From a virus (Duplodnaviria > Heunggongvirae > Uroviricota > Caudoviricetes), in the IMG/VR virus record IMGVR_UViG_3300042901_002340: DNA of 64,000 bases; one strand, 5' to 3'. This document shows positions 20,153 to 29,547 of this stretch, one piece after another. The position numbers and the translations under genes are program-made. The notes beneath the pieces were generated by a model that made no database searches, was not told the origin of the DNA, and saw only the letters and a program-made list of their open reading frames with translations. Position 1 is the first letter of the stretch. The number at the start of each line of letters is the position of its first letter.

Positions 20153-20599
20153 TTAGGATCCGAAGACCACAGTTATTTTGAAATTTCTAGCTTCCGTTGA
20201 TTTACTCATATCAATAGAAATAGATTTAGGGTAAGTAGGTATAAGTACCTCCCCCTTTTCAATCAATATTTGGTTATAATCTATAGTCCTACCTGGGATT
20301 AGATCCATGTCAAATTCTTTAGATTCGTTAGGATAATCATCAACCTCGAAATCAAGTTCCATTGAATTAACGGTTATATCCATGCTATCAATTCCTGATT
20401 TTTTTATAACCAGATTAACAGAATAATCTATAAAAATTTTAGCATCGGAAATATCATCATATTCCTCAGGTCTATTTACTATATCTATATCAGTGTATCC
20501 CAATTCGATACCAAAAGTGTAGTCATTTGTATTAGCTGGCTTCTTGCTATCATTAAAAGCGGAATAATCGTAAATTCTTCCCTCGTTGATTCTTTTCAT
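20153..20599 (-). CDS. Hypothetical late protein
   Basis: 148 aa starting MKRINEG. GATATATAC lies upstream. Confidence 0.55.
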   Translation of the reverse strand: MKRINEGRIYDYSAFNDSKKPANTNDYTFGIELGYTDIDIVNRPEEYDDISDAKIFIDYSVNLVIKKSGIDSMDITVNSMELDFEVDDYPNESKEFDMDLIPGRTIDYNQILIEKGEVLIPTYPKSISIDMSKSTEARNFKITVVFGS

Positions 20600-20684
20600 T
20601 TATGGAATTCTTTTAAAGTATATATCCATTTAGAAAAAATTAGAACGTAAATATATAAGGAGATCAAACTTTTAAAAGTTAAAG

Positions 20685-21410
20685 ATGAAAAATTTAAGCA
20701 CCATTTGGTTTATAAAGGAACCAATAGACACAGAGCACAAAGAATACGTTCTCTTAGATTACTTGAAATCGATAAGTAGAAACATAAATTCAAAAAATTG
20801 CTATCCCATATTAAGGTCTGTTTCAAAAATAGTCAAGTCGCTCAACGAGTTTAAAAAAAATAGTTCAATAGGAGCTGGAATAATCTCTCAATTAAACGAT
20901 GACGAAAAGGAGTATATAAAAAACTTTGACTTCAACAAGTTAGAAAAATCCAAGAGGGATATAATAATAGCCATAATAGAATCCTCGCTAGAAACACTAT
21001 ACGAATATTCGGAGATATTTCTTGATATGCTGAAGGAAGAGGAATCTAAGATAAAGATATTCAAGGTACAATCCAAATTTAATTCTGAAAAAGAGGAACC
21101 AGCGAATTCTGGTATATTGATAATCAGAAATATGGTGACTGATAAAATTATACCATACTATTGGCAAGGATCAGTTACTCTAAAAACGGAGAATGGTAAT
21201 AAACAAATATGTGTATTGAAAAAAATAATTCTTAGAAATTCTAGATATTCTATGAATTATGAATTTATATACCATGAAATTCTTGATGAATTTTCAATAG
21301 AAAAAAACGTATCTCCCGAACTTTTCGTTATAGAGATCTACGAGGATTTCGACGAAAATTCTGACATTTACAAATTAGCCAAAGAAAAATTCATAGAAAC
21401 CATCACATAA
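20685..21410 (+). CDS. Hypothetical protein
   Basis: 241-aa plus-strand ORF with AATATATAA upstream and a bidirectional terminator downstream. Confidence 0.65.
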   Translation: MKNLSTIWFIKEPIDTEHKEYVLLDYLKSISRNINSKNCYPILRSVSKIVKSLNEFKKNSSIGAGIISQLNDDEKEYIKNFDFNKLEKSKRDIIIAIIESSLETLYEYSEIFLDMLKEEESKIKIFKVQSKFNSEKEEPANSGILIIRNMVTDKIIPYYWQGSVTLKTENGNKQICVLKKIILRNSRYSMNYEFIYHEILDEFSIEKNVSPELFVIEIYEDFDENSDIYKLAKEKFIETIT

Positions 21411-21439
21411 AAAAAGAGAGCAAATGCTCTCTTTTTTTT
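21411..21439. terminator. Bidirectional intrinsic terminator
   Basis: aaaaagagagca-aa-tgctctcttttt between convergent genes. Confidence 0.85.
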
Positions 21440-21452
21440 ATTGTATATGATT

Positions 21453-21788
21453 TTAGAAATCTGATAATTTCTTAATGAAGCTATCATTATTTTCAGATTC
21501 GCTTGTATTAAAAGCAGTACCAAATGATCCAGCATCAGCCATTCCTGATTTTCCATCAACATCAACTCTATATCCAGGTACATCTATTTTAGATTGGTTC
21601 CCAAACACTGCATCTGCATACCCAACGAAATCATATCTGGGTTCTCTTTTTATTTTTGATAATCCATTAGCATCATTACCATTCGTTTGGTTTGCTGGTG
21701 CAAATGGTTTATATTTGTCATCATGAACTTTTGTTAAAAATTTATCAAAGTCCAATATATCCCTTTTGCTTACGTCTTTCTGATTCAT
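21453..21788 (-). CDS. Small putative head-internal protein
   Basis: 111 aa, with ILDFDKFL near the N-terminus and IKKLSDF at the C-terminus. Confidence 0.5.
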   Translation of the reverse strand: MNQKDVSKRDILDFDKFLTKVHDDKYKPFAPANQTNGNDANGLSKIKREPRYDFVGYADAVFGNQSKIDVPGYRVDVDGKSGMADAGSFGTAFNTSESENNDSFIKKLSDF

Positions 21789-21803
21789 TTCCTATATTTT
21801 ATT

Positions 21804-22460
21804 TTATGCTACTGATGCTACCGAGTTATTACCGCCTAACAATCCGCCTAATATATTACCAACGAAAGATTCTCCACCGTCTGATCCTCCACCATCCTGT
21901 GGTTTATAATCTGTTCTTTTACCGGCTACCTTAGAAAGAGCATCACTAAATTGTTGTTTGTCTTTCTTATCCAGTGATGAAATCAGATTACCCCCAACGT
22001 TTTCCTCACCAAAAAGATCAAAAAGGAACTTTTCGATCCTTTCTTTTCCTGTTGCCTTATCTTGTATAGTATTTACTATCGTTCTTACTATCAATCCATT
22101 GGGTTCAAGACCAATAGAATCGGTAATTCCCTCAAATCCCTTTCTTTCTAATGTGAATTGTATGGCTTCTGCAATTTTAGGGATGAAGAATTTCATATTT
22201 CTATTATCACCACTAAGTATACCTGGCCATTCTTTCATATCTATACTAGAAACTACCTGTTGTAAAAACTCAGAAGCAATAGATTTTTCTCTTATCCCTA
22301 GCTTTTCCATAAGCATAGCGACGAATTTTTGTTTTATCGTATCAATAAAACCATCACCTAAATATCCAATGGTTTTACCTAGTAATCCCATTACATCAAA
22401 GTCTTCATGAATTTGTTCCTCATTAGAGAAAGAATCAAAATCTTTAACTATTCTTGTCAT
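21804..22460 (-). CDS. Putative capsid-internal protein
   Basis: The likely start is 22460 (MTRIVKDFDSFSNEEQIHE), downstream of GATATATAC at 22479-22487, rather than 22490. Confidence 0.5.
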   Translation of the reverse strand: MTRIVKDFDSFSNEEQIHEDFDVMGLLGKTIGYLGDGFIDTIKQKFVAMLMEKLGIREKSIASEFLQQVVSSIDMKEWPGILSGDNRNMKFFIPKIAEAIQFTLERKGFEGITDSIGLEPNGLIVRTIVNTIQDKATGKERIEKFLFDLFGEENVGGNLISSLDKKDKQQFSDALSKVAGKRTDYKPQDGGGSDGGESFVGNILGGLLGGNNSVASVA

Positions 22461-22511
22461 TCTTAGATTTTTATTTATGTATATATCCAAGAAGATTCAG
22501 ATTAATAAAGA

Positions 22512-23918
22512 CTATGATTTAGATAGAAATAAATCAACAGCTTTTTGTCTATAAGCCAATTTATCCTCCTTTATCTCTGGATTTTTCAATGCTTCTTTCC
22601 TTCTATTAACAACAGAATCAGGAAGCATAGGACCGAAGGTGTCCTTAAGTATTTTTTTGTCGGTTCTCCATTCCAATGGAAGATGCATAGCAAATCGAAC
22701 TATATCATTATTCAAAAAGGGTGATCTTAATTCAAGGGTATGTGCCATTGACATTTTATCTAATCTAGGAAGGTGATAGAAACTAAGTTCCTGGAATATA
22801 TCAGATTTCTGTGAATCGTACTCGTGTATGCGAGAGTACCCTCCGAATAGCTCGTCAGATCCATCCCCACTGATAACTATTCTATAATCTGTATTTTTTC
22901 TAATGGATTCAAATAAATGATATTGTGGAATCACAGAGCCAAGATCTATTGGTGATTCGTTCCATTGAGCGTATATAAGAGCATTTTTTTCCGGATCCAT
23001 ATCATATTCTAGAAAATTTGTAGAAGTGCCTAAATGAGCTTCTAAATCATTAACAAAGGGGGTTTCTCCATTCTCTATGCTGAACCATTTGACATCAGCA
23101 CCAGTTTCCTTAAGAATTGCTGCTATTATTGCGGAATCAAGACCACCAGAGACCAATATTGATATTGGATAGTTTCTAGAAACAAGTCTATTATTAACAC
23201 TTTCGAACATCTTGTCCCATAGCCAATCCTTATGCGTTTCGTAATCCTCACCAACAAGTTCAGGTATAGGGGTATCCCAGATTCTATAGTATTCGTTATA
23301 AGTCTGCTCAAACATAGGGGATTCCATATTCCAGGAATATATTGTATTTGGCAACAATCTTTTTATGTTTGTGTAAGAAGTCCTATTATCGGTATTATAA
23401 CCAAATTTTCTAACAGTACTTATGAATTTTTCATCTATTCTGGAGTTATTTGTATATAGGCCCTTAATCTCTGAGCAAACCTCACCAAGCTCATTTTTAT
23501 ATAGACATTTCTTTCCGAGAGGATCAGTAAATGCTATAACTTGTCCAGTTACTGTGCTGTATAAAACTATTGACCAGAATCCATCCCATGTGCAAATATG
23601 CGGAATGTACATTGCGGAAAAGAATTCAAGGTAAGTCCCACCGAGTTTAGAAAACAAATTACAAAGATATTCTGTATCGGAAGAAAATAGATTCCGATCA
23701 TAATTAAATATCTCACCGTTAAACATCATATAGATATCCTTAGAGACATTAATCGGCTGACCCCAATCATCACCATCCAAAGTTTGAATTGGTAGTCTAT
23801 GATGACATAACGTCACATTACCGAAGGTCTCGGTATGACTCTCTATACCTCTATGCTTTATAGAATCTAATATTTCGGGATTTGTCTTAGCCCCAGTAGT
23901 TAATATTATACCGCACAT
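22512..23918 (-). CDS. asnB: Asparagine-synthase-like glutamine amidotransferase
   Basis: N-terminal MCGI (Ntn Cys), HRG, FNGEIFNY, SDTE, PP-loop SGGLDS, SGDGSDELFGGY and DKMSMAHTLELRSPFL. Confidence 0.9.
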   Translation of the reverse strand: MCGIILTTGAKTNPEILDSIKHRGIESHTETFGNVTLCHHRLPIQTLDGDDWGQPINVSKDIYMMFNGEIFNYDRNLFSSDTEYLCNLFSKLGGTYLEFFSAMYIPHICTWDGFWSIVLYSTVTGQVIAFTDPLGKKCLYKNELGEVCSEIKGLYTNNSRIDEKFISTVRKFGYNTDNRTSYTNIKRLLPNTIYSWNMESPMFEQTYNEYYRIWDTPIPELVGEDYETHKDWLWDKMFESVNNRLVSRNYPISILVSGGLDSAIIAAILKETGADVKWFSIENGETPFVNDLEAHLGTSTNFLEYDMDPEKNALIYAQWNESPIDLGSVIPQYHLFESIRKNTDYRIVISGDGSDELFGGYSRIHEYDSQKSDIFQELSFYHLPRLDKMSMAHTLELRSPFLNNDIVRFAMHLPLEWRTDKKILKDTFGPMLPDSVVNRRKEALKNPEIKEDKLAYRQKAVDLFLSKS

Positions 23919-23928
23919 ATATTTCTAT

Positions 23929-24483
23929 TTAATCGTTTATGTAAATTTTTAATCTCTCGACACTATCATCATCGAATTTATTCTCAAATATCTTTATGTT
24001 TTGGAATCCAAGTTCCACGAATTTAAAAATAACAAAATTAAAAGCGGATCTCTCTTTATCGTCAAATTCTGCATAATCCCACTGATCCTTGTTTCTGTCC
24101 GATTTATCCGGATTATCACCCTTTATGTAAATAACGGTGATTTCTGACATAAGATCATGTTTCTTAATGTATTCAATTTGTTTTATAACATCATCCTCAG
24201 TTATTCTATTCTCCGATAAACCCCAAGCTAAAACTGTCAATATTCCTCTATCGTGTATATAGTCAGGAAGAGATCTTTTAAGATCCCTTGCTATTTGCAT
24301 TATCATAAGTTCTTTACCCATAGAAAATGAGTGGGCTTCCCTGTTATCCTTACTCGACAATTCTAACATATTAAAGTAACTACCAAAATCAAATTGAAAT
24401 CTTGGTATAATTAGATTTGTCTCCATTGCTTTGGAAAGATAACTCTTTCCAGAATTTCTAGGTCCTTCAAATACGTATATCAT
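23929..24483 (-). CDS. Deoxynucleoside monophosphate kinase (thymidylate-kinase-like P-loop)
   Basis: IYVFEGPRNSGKS P-loop and HDRG motif. Confidence 0.7.
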   Translation of the reverse strand: MIYVFEGPRNSGKSYLSKAMETNLIIPRFQFDFGSYFNMLELSSKDNREAHSFSMGKELMIMQIARDLKRSLPDYIHDRGILTVLAWGLSENRITEDDVIKQIEYIKKHDLMSEITVIYIKGDNPDKSDRNKDQWDYAEFDDKERSAFNFVIFKFVELGFQNIKIFENKFDDDSVERLKIYIND

Positions 24484-24534
24484 AAATATTATAGAGGTAA
24501 AAATTAATTTGATTTCGACCCTGTAAAATTACAC

Positions 24535-24565
24535 AAAAAAAAGGAGGATTTTTAAGATCCTCCTT
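24535..24565 (-). terminator. Intrinsic terminator
   Basis: aaggaggat/atcctcctt stem next to an A8 tract (U-tract on the minus strand). Confidence 0.8.
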
Positions 24566-24587
24566 GATTAATTTATTTAACTGTGTA

Positions 24588-27104
24588 TTATTTTACCTCT
24601 ATACATTTGTTTGGATACACCTGTGGGAAATTCTTAAACTCGGTAGTATTTACTCTTTTGCAAAAGGTTGAAACTGCCGGATAGATTGTTTTTGTGATTC
24701 TTCTAAGATTTAGTATAACTATACCCTTTCCTGTCTTCATACCAGTATTAGGTTTATACTTAATAATTGAATTAAAAGATGCTAAATCCCTTGCTGACTT
24801 AAATCCGTCCTCATTTTTCTTAAGGAGTATTGAATCTATCTCACTTCTCTTAGGAGCAATCAAGGTATCACCGCTAAAAGTTAATAGAACACCGTCCCTT
24901 GCTTGATCCTTAATAAGTCTATCGTCAGCTATTCTCTGACAAACATCCTCGGTTAAAACATTATCAGCAACCCATTTAATACACGGAATGAATTTTTTTC
25001 CATCCACGTCATAGGTTACGCAATTTGATATACCAACTAGAAGACTATTCAATAAGGTAAATTCATAAGTTCCCATATCCGGGTCGCTAGAGTCCACGTC
25101 TAGAGCAATATCAAATGCTCTTTTTACATCACCCTTCATATCATCCATAGATATAAAAGGAACCTCCTTATTTACTAGTATCGATTTCATCCTGGATGCT
25201 ATGTTTTTAAATGTATCTTCCTTTGATATGGATCCTATAAATTTATCCAGAGCATCATATCTTTTTTTATGGTTTATAAAACCAAGGGTAGCAAACTGAT
25301 TTATGTTATTTTTTATAAATAGAGTCACATCATCCTTCTCATCAACCTTCTCAAATTTGGACCAGTTCGATGGTGATTTTAGTGAAGTATCTTTGCTATT
25401 AATCTTATATAGTCCTCCTTCATTAAAGAAGTAAGTGAATTCCTTAGGCGAAGCTTCCACTCCTTCCAAAGCTTTCAACCACGCTTTTATAAATTTTGCA
25501 TCATACGATGGCTTAAGAGATCCATTATCTCTAGTAAAATGACTTCCCTCTACTTTTATATTATATACACTTCTAAGTTTTTCAGCAAGTTTATTTACAT
25601 CGCCCGAAGCTTTACCTGCTTCTACCTCATCATTTTCCTCACCTTCTTTTGGTGATTTACCTTTGTCTGTGGCAAGAGGCTCACTAGAAACAGTTTCCTT
25701 ATATTGGACATCCAATTCCTTCTCGAAATCATCATTGTTAATTACAATCTTTTTTTCGTTAATTTTATTGGAGTTTGCAAAATCACTAAAAGAAAAGACT
25801 GTAGATAGACCCTCATTCATTTTAACTTTAGCAATATCAAGTGCTTTATGTATTGCTTTTTTATTCTCATCAGAAACCCAATCGGATGAAAGTATATCTG
25901 AAAGTAATGCCTGATCTATTTCACCATTAACGTTCTTATTTCCCTCCATTTTTTGGATAGTTGAAATAACTGATTTTGTAGCAGGACCATATTTGCCATT
26001 AGGACCACCTTTGGACTTTATCAATTTTCCAGCTGCTGGTATACCATCACATAATGCCTTCTGTATAGCAAATATTAAACCGCTATCCTTGAATTTGTCA
26101 TCAGCGTCAGTATTACCTCTCGTTATAGGAAATAACGTTTTATTAAAAACTTCTTCCTTCTCCTTATGTTCGTCTTTTATAACTGTTAAAGCAGTAGCAT
26201 ATTGGGAATCTGCTCTTGTTTTTAACAATTTAGCTTCATCACAAAGTGTGTTAACGTCACCATAAGCTCCATTAAGTTCCTCGTCATTTGCTACTGCGGT
26301 TAAAGATTTATCGATTGCAGCATTGGAAGCTTTTATAAATTCAAGTCTATATTTATCTACTTGTTTTTCTAATTCATCAAGTGCTTTTTTGTCCTTCTCT
26401 CCGAATGCACCCTTTGATGTATCCAGGGTTTTTCTTTTTTCGTCAAGATCAATAAAAGTCGTTTGCCAGTCCCTTCCGTATCCATTCTTTGATGTCTTAT
26501 CCTTAGATGATAATATAAGATTAGCCAATATCTTTCTAAGATCCTCGACTCTACCTTTATAACCAGTAAATATACCGCTCTCATAAAGTGCTGTAAGCTC
26601 GCCGTTAAAATAGAATGATTCAGAATCATTTATTTTTGCATCATTTTCCTCCTTAGCAGATTTTGCTAAATATTCGGTTGTTCTTTGTTTAACCTGAGCT
26701 CCCGCCTTTATGTAATCAAGTATAAATTTTTCATTGGCTTTATTTATTTTACATGCACTTATTAGAGCCTCTGTATATTTCTCAAGAGCCTGAAGATATA
26801 GATTTTTACTATCAGCATAGGAAGGTGTCTTAATCCCAGCCTCCGCTGAATCATTTCTAAGAACCGCAACAACGCTCTCAATATCATTAGCATCGATAAG
26901 AGGAGAAAGTTTAGTTCTTGTTCCCTTCGGATTTCTTTCCCTGTTTGGAGCCATATCAAAAACAATTTTCTGATATATGTCAAGGCAGGCATCAGAAATT
27001 GTTCTTAAAACGCCATCAACTGCTTCATTTTCAAATAGTCTCCCGGTTCTATCGCTTTCGAATATTGCTCTAGCTACTGGATTATTTCTTAAATATTGAT
27101 TCAT
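24588..27104 (-). CDS. Large virion/ejection-like protein with a peptidoglycan-binding-like domain
   Basis: AIQKAL...GPNGKYGPATKSVISTIQKMEG...NGEIDQALL resembles PG_binding_1. Contains several [ILM]xE protease-like sites. Confidence 0.55.
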   Translation of the reverse strand: MNQYLRNNPVARAIFESDRTGRLFENEAVDGVLRTISDACLDIYQKIVFDMAPNRERNPKGTRTKLSPLIDANDIESVVAVLRNDSAEAGIKTPSYADSKNLYLQALEKYTEALISACKINKANEKFILDYIKAGAQVKQRTTEYLAKSAKEENDAKINDSESFYFNGELTALYESGIFTGYKGRVEDLRKILANLILSSKDKTSKNGYGRDWQTTFIDLDEKRKTLDTSKGAFGEKDKKALDELEKQVDKYRLEFIKASNAAIDKSLTAVANDEELNGAYGDVNTLCDEAKLLKTRADSQYATALTVIKDEHKEKEEVFNKTLFPITRGNTDADDKFKDSGLIFAIQKALCDGIPAAGKLIKSKGGPNGKYGPATKSVISTIQKMEGNKNVNGEIDQALLSDILSSDWVSDENKKAIHKALDIAKVKMNEGLSTVFSFSDFANSNKINEKKIVINNDDFEKELDVQYKETVSSEPLATDKGKSPKEGEENDEVEAGKASGDVNKLAEKLRSVYNIKVEGSHFTRDNGSLKPSYDAKFIKAWLKALEGVEASPKEFTYFFNEGGLYKINSKDTSLKSPSNWSKFEKVDEKDDVTLFIKNNINQFATLGFINHKKRYDALDKFIGSISKEDTFKNIASRMKSILVNKEVPFISMDDMKGDVKRAFDIALDVDSSDPDMGTYEFTLLNSLLVGISNCVTYDVDGKKFIPCIKWVADNVLTEDVCQRIADDRLIKDQARDGVLLTFSGDTLIAPKRSEIDSILLKKNEDGFKSARDLASFNSIIKYKPNTGMKTGKGIVILNLRRITKTIYPAVSTFCKRVNTTEFKNFPQVYPNKCIEVK

Positions 27105-27114
27105 ATCTTATATT

Positions 27115-27375
27115 TTATGTTGTAGTAGGCGGTGCTACTGTTGTTTGTTGTTTCTTAATTTCGGCAGAAAGAGCTTTCATTGTGTTTGAAATCTGGATGT
27201 AAACGGCAGCTTGTTTATCAAGACTTGCTGATTCCGAAGCAGCATCTCCTTCTTTCTTAAGTGACTTAGCTTCCGTTATTTCATCAAAATTTTGAGATAA
27301 TTGTAATCTAAGTTGCTGAACCTTAGTTGCTTCAGACTCGGCCTCAAGCAATCTAAAAGAATTAAATGTTATCAT
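27115..27375 (-). CDS. Small putative head-internal protein
   Basis: MITFNSFRLLE N-terminus. Predicted helical by eye. Confidence 0.5.
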   Translation of the reverse strand: MITFNSFRLLEAESEATKVQQLRLQLSQNFDEITEAKSLKKEGDAASESASLDKQAAVYIQISNTMKALSAEIKKQQTTVAPPTTT

Positions 27376-28274
27376 CTTCTAACAATCGTTATTTTTCCTC
27401 TCAAATCCCTGATTTTATCCATGTACTTATCACGGATTTCTTTAAGTTTGGTTGCTGCACTTTCTTTTGTAGCTCCAGCACCCTGTTTTTTAGATATTAA
27501 TTCATTAAGAGCATCTCTTTCCGTATCCATCTGAACATAGAGATCATTTCTTTTTCTTATCAGAAAGGAAACAAGTTCTCTGATATCTCCCCTTTCCATA
27601 GTTCTAACTTCCTTAGCAAATTCTGTTATTTGCATGTTTATGAAATGTTCCATCTGTGAATCACTCAAACCTGTTGATCCTCCACCAGGAACCCTAGAGT
27701 TTGGCTCATTTTCACCGGTTCTACCTGTACCACCTATTAGATCACCATAAAGCTTTCTGAATTCAGAATCTTTTTCCTTAGCCTTTATAACGGTCGCTTT
27801 GTATTTATTATAAAGGGATTTACCTAAAGTTGCATCAGCCAGATTCTTTGCTCTCTTGTACATATCTTCAGCAACCTCTGCATCAACCTTTGTTTTATTG
27901 AATTCCCAATATTTCTTAAGTTTAGTATCGCCATTAATTTCCTGCTTTACCTTACTCATAAGCATATCTATTCTCTTTGCATGTGCCTTCTCACCAGCTT
28001 CGATTGCATGTGTATTTTTATCTATGAATTTTTCGATTCTTTTAAGCTCAGCAGGATCACTTTTTGTTTGACCTTTTTCAAGATCCAATTTATCTAGCTC
28101 ACTTTGTAGTTTCTCCCATTCATCAACATAATCACTTTCAGCAGATCTATATTCCTCTACGATATCGTCGATTTTACCTATAGGACCACCAAATTTGCTA
28201 CTAAACCAGTTTTTTACTTTGTCTATTATACTAGCCTCATTAATATGATCCCACTCTTTAAATTTTAAAGTCAT
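27372..28274 (-). CDS. Coiled-coil putative head-internal protein
   Basis: MTLKFKEWDHINE N-terminus. K/E-rich. Confidence 0.5.
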   Translation of the reverse strand: MTLKFKEWDHINEASIIDKVKNWFSSKFGGPIGKIDDIVEEYRSAESDYVDEWEKLQSELDKLDLEKGQTKSDPAELKRIEKFIDKNTHAIEAGEKAHAKRIDMLMSKVKQEINGDTKLKKYWEFNKTKVDAEVAEDMYKRAKNLADATLGKSLYNKYKATVIKAKEKDSEFRKLYGDLIGGTGRTGENEPNSRVPGGGSTGLSDSQMEHFINMQITEFAKEVRTMERGDIRELVSFLIRKRNDLYVQMDTERDALNELISKKQGAGATKESAATKLKEIRDKYMDKIRDLRGKITIVRR

Positions 28275-28276
28275 GG

Positions 28277-29431
28277 TTATTTATTTAATTTTTCTTTAAG
28301 CTTATCTATAATTCCAGTAGTTAGAACTCCAGATTTACCGATACCAACGGTAGAAAATGCATCTCTAAAGGCCTTTAATATCTCACCTTTTATCTGTTTA
28401 GCATTTCCTGCACCTTTGTTTATTTTATCAATAGCTTCCTTGAAATCTTTATTATTATCCAACGATTTCTCAATCTCCTCTGCATTTTTACCAAGATTTC
28501 TAAAAGTCAGCAATAGTTCTTTCTTGTAATCTAAAGATGTTGCCATCTCTATTAGATCAAGCTTGGAATTTTCCAGATATCTTTCAGTTAGAGGTTTTGA
28601 TGATTTTTTTATTTTATTTAAAATCTGATTTAATTTTCTCTCCATATCGGATTTAATATCAGCTATTTCTTTTTCCAATTCATTCTTCCTTTTGATGATA
28701 TCCCCGCCTTTTCTTCTGGATATAATCTTTTTCTCCCTCTCCACATCCATAGAAATATCAGCTTTAGGTTCTCTAGGTTCCTTTTCACCCTCCTCTTTCA
28801 TCTGATTCTCTATCTCCTTGGCTTTAGCCTCAGCTTCTTCTTTAGCTTTAGCCACTCTTTCTTCATAAGCTCTTAGTGCTGTTTGATCCTCGGATCTTTC
28901 CTTAGCTAATTTATATTCGAGCTCAGCCATTTCTATCTCATTCTCAGCATAACAAGAATCAAGATATTCCTTTCTTCTTGAATTGCCATTAACTATTTGC
29001 TTAACAAGATCCTTTGCCTTTTTAAGCTTAAGATTTTGAGCTTTTTCGTATGTATCAAATTCGTTGGTTTTAGCTTCCCTTTCCTTAGATACTGCACCAA
29101 TCTTATCCTTGTTTCCTTCCTTAGCTAATTGATCTATCTGTTCATCAAATTTAGCTAATTCCTTCTTGAAATCACTACCTTTTTTAATAAGGTCGAGTTC
29201 AAGTGCAAGTATGGTTTTAATTGCCTCGTCTATCATACCCACACCAGAAAAAGAACCAAGCAAAAATCTTGATAATTTATTGGTTAAAAAATTGGATATT
29301 CTTCCCTCATTTACTTGTGTAACATTTTCAGGTATTTCGATAGATCTTAGTTCCTTGAGTAGAGCAGGGTCAAGATTTTCTATAAGGCCCTCATATTCTT
29401 CAAAATCCTCAAAAGATGGAATAATTTTCAT
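28277..29431 (-). CDS. Coiled-coil putative head-internal protein
   Basis: MKIIPSFEDFEEYEGLIE N-terminus and a VNE site. GATATATAG lies upstream. Confidence 0.5.
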   Translation of the reverse strand: MKIIPSFEDFEEYEGLIENLDPALLKELRSIEIPENVTQVNEGRISNFLTNKLSRFLLGSFSGVGMIDEAIKTILALELDLIKKGSDFKKELAKFDEQIDQLAKEGNKDKIGAVSKEREAKTNEFDTYEKAQNLKLKKAKDLVKQIVNGNSRRKEYLDSCYAENEIEMAELEYKLAKERSEDQTALRAYEERVAKAKEEAEAKAKEIENQMKEEGEKEPREPKADISMDVEREKKIISRRKGGDIIKRKNELEKEIADIKSDMERKLNQILNKIKKSSKPLTERYLENSKLDLIEMATSLDYKKELLLTFRNLGKNAEEIEKSLDNNKDFKEAIDKINKGAGNAKQIKGEILKAFRDAFSTVGIGKSGVLTTGIIDKLKEKLNK

Positions 29432-29495
29432 AGATTGATTTATTTTTATTATCTATATATCCCAACATAGATTTTTTTATTTAAGCTTAGACCAT

Positions 29496-29525
29496 AAAAA
29501 AAAGTCCCAGATATCTGGGACTTTT
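29496..29525 (-). terminator. Intrinsic terminator after the major capsid gene
   Basis: aaaagtcccaga-ta-tctgggactttt with an A-tract. Confidence 0.85.
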
Positions 29526-29547
29526 GGTATATTTGTTAATCTAAAGA

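Noticed and set aside
22512-23918. Gat-QueC / 7-deazaguanine pathway enzyme
   Set aside because: The C-terminal half has AsnB motifs (SGDGSDELFGGY, ELRSPFL) and lacks the QueC Cys/zinc motif. No folE, queD, queE or dpdA is in the window.
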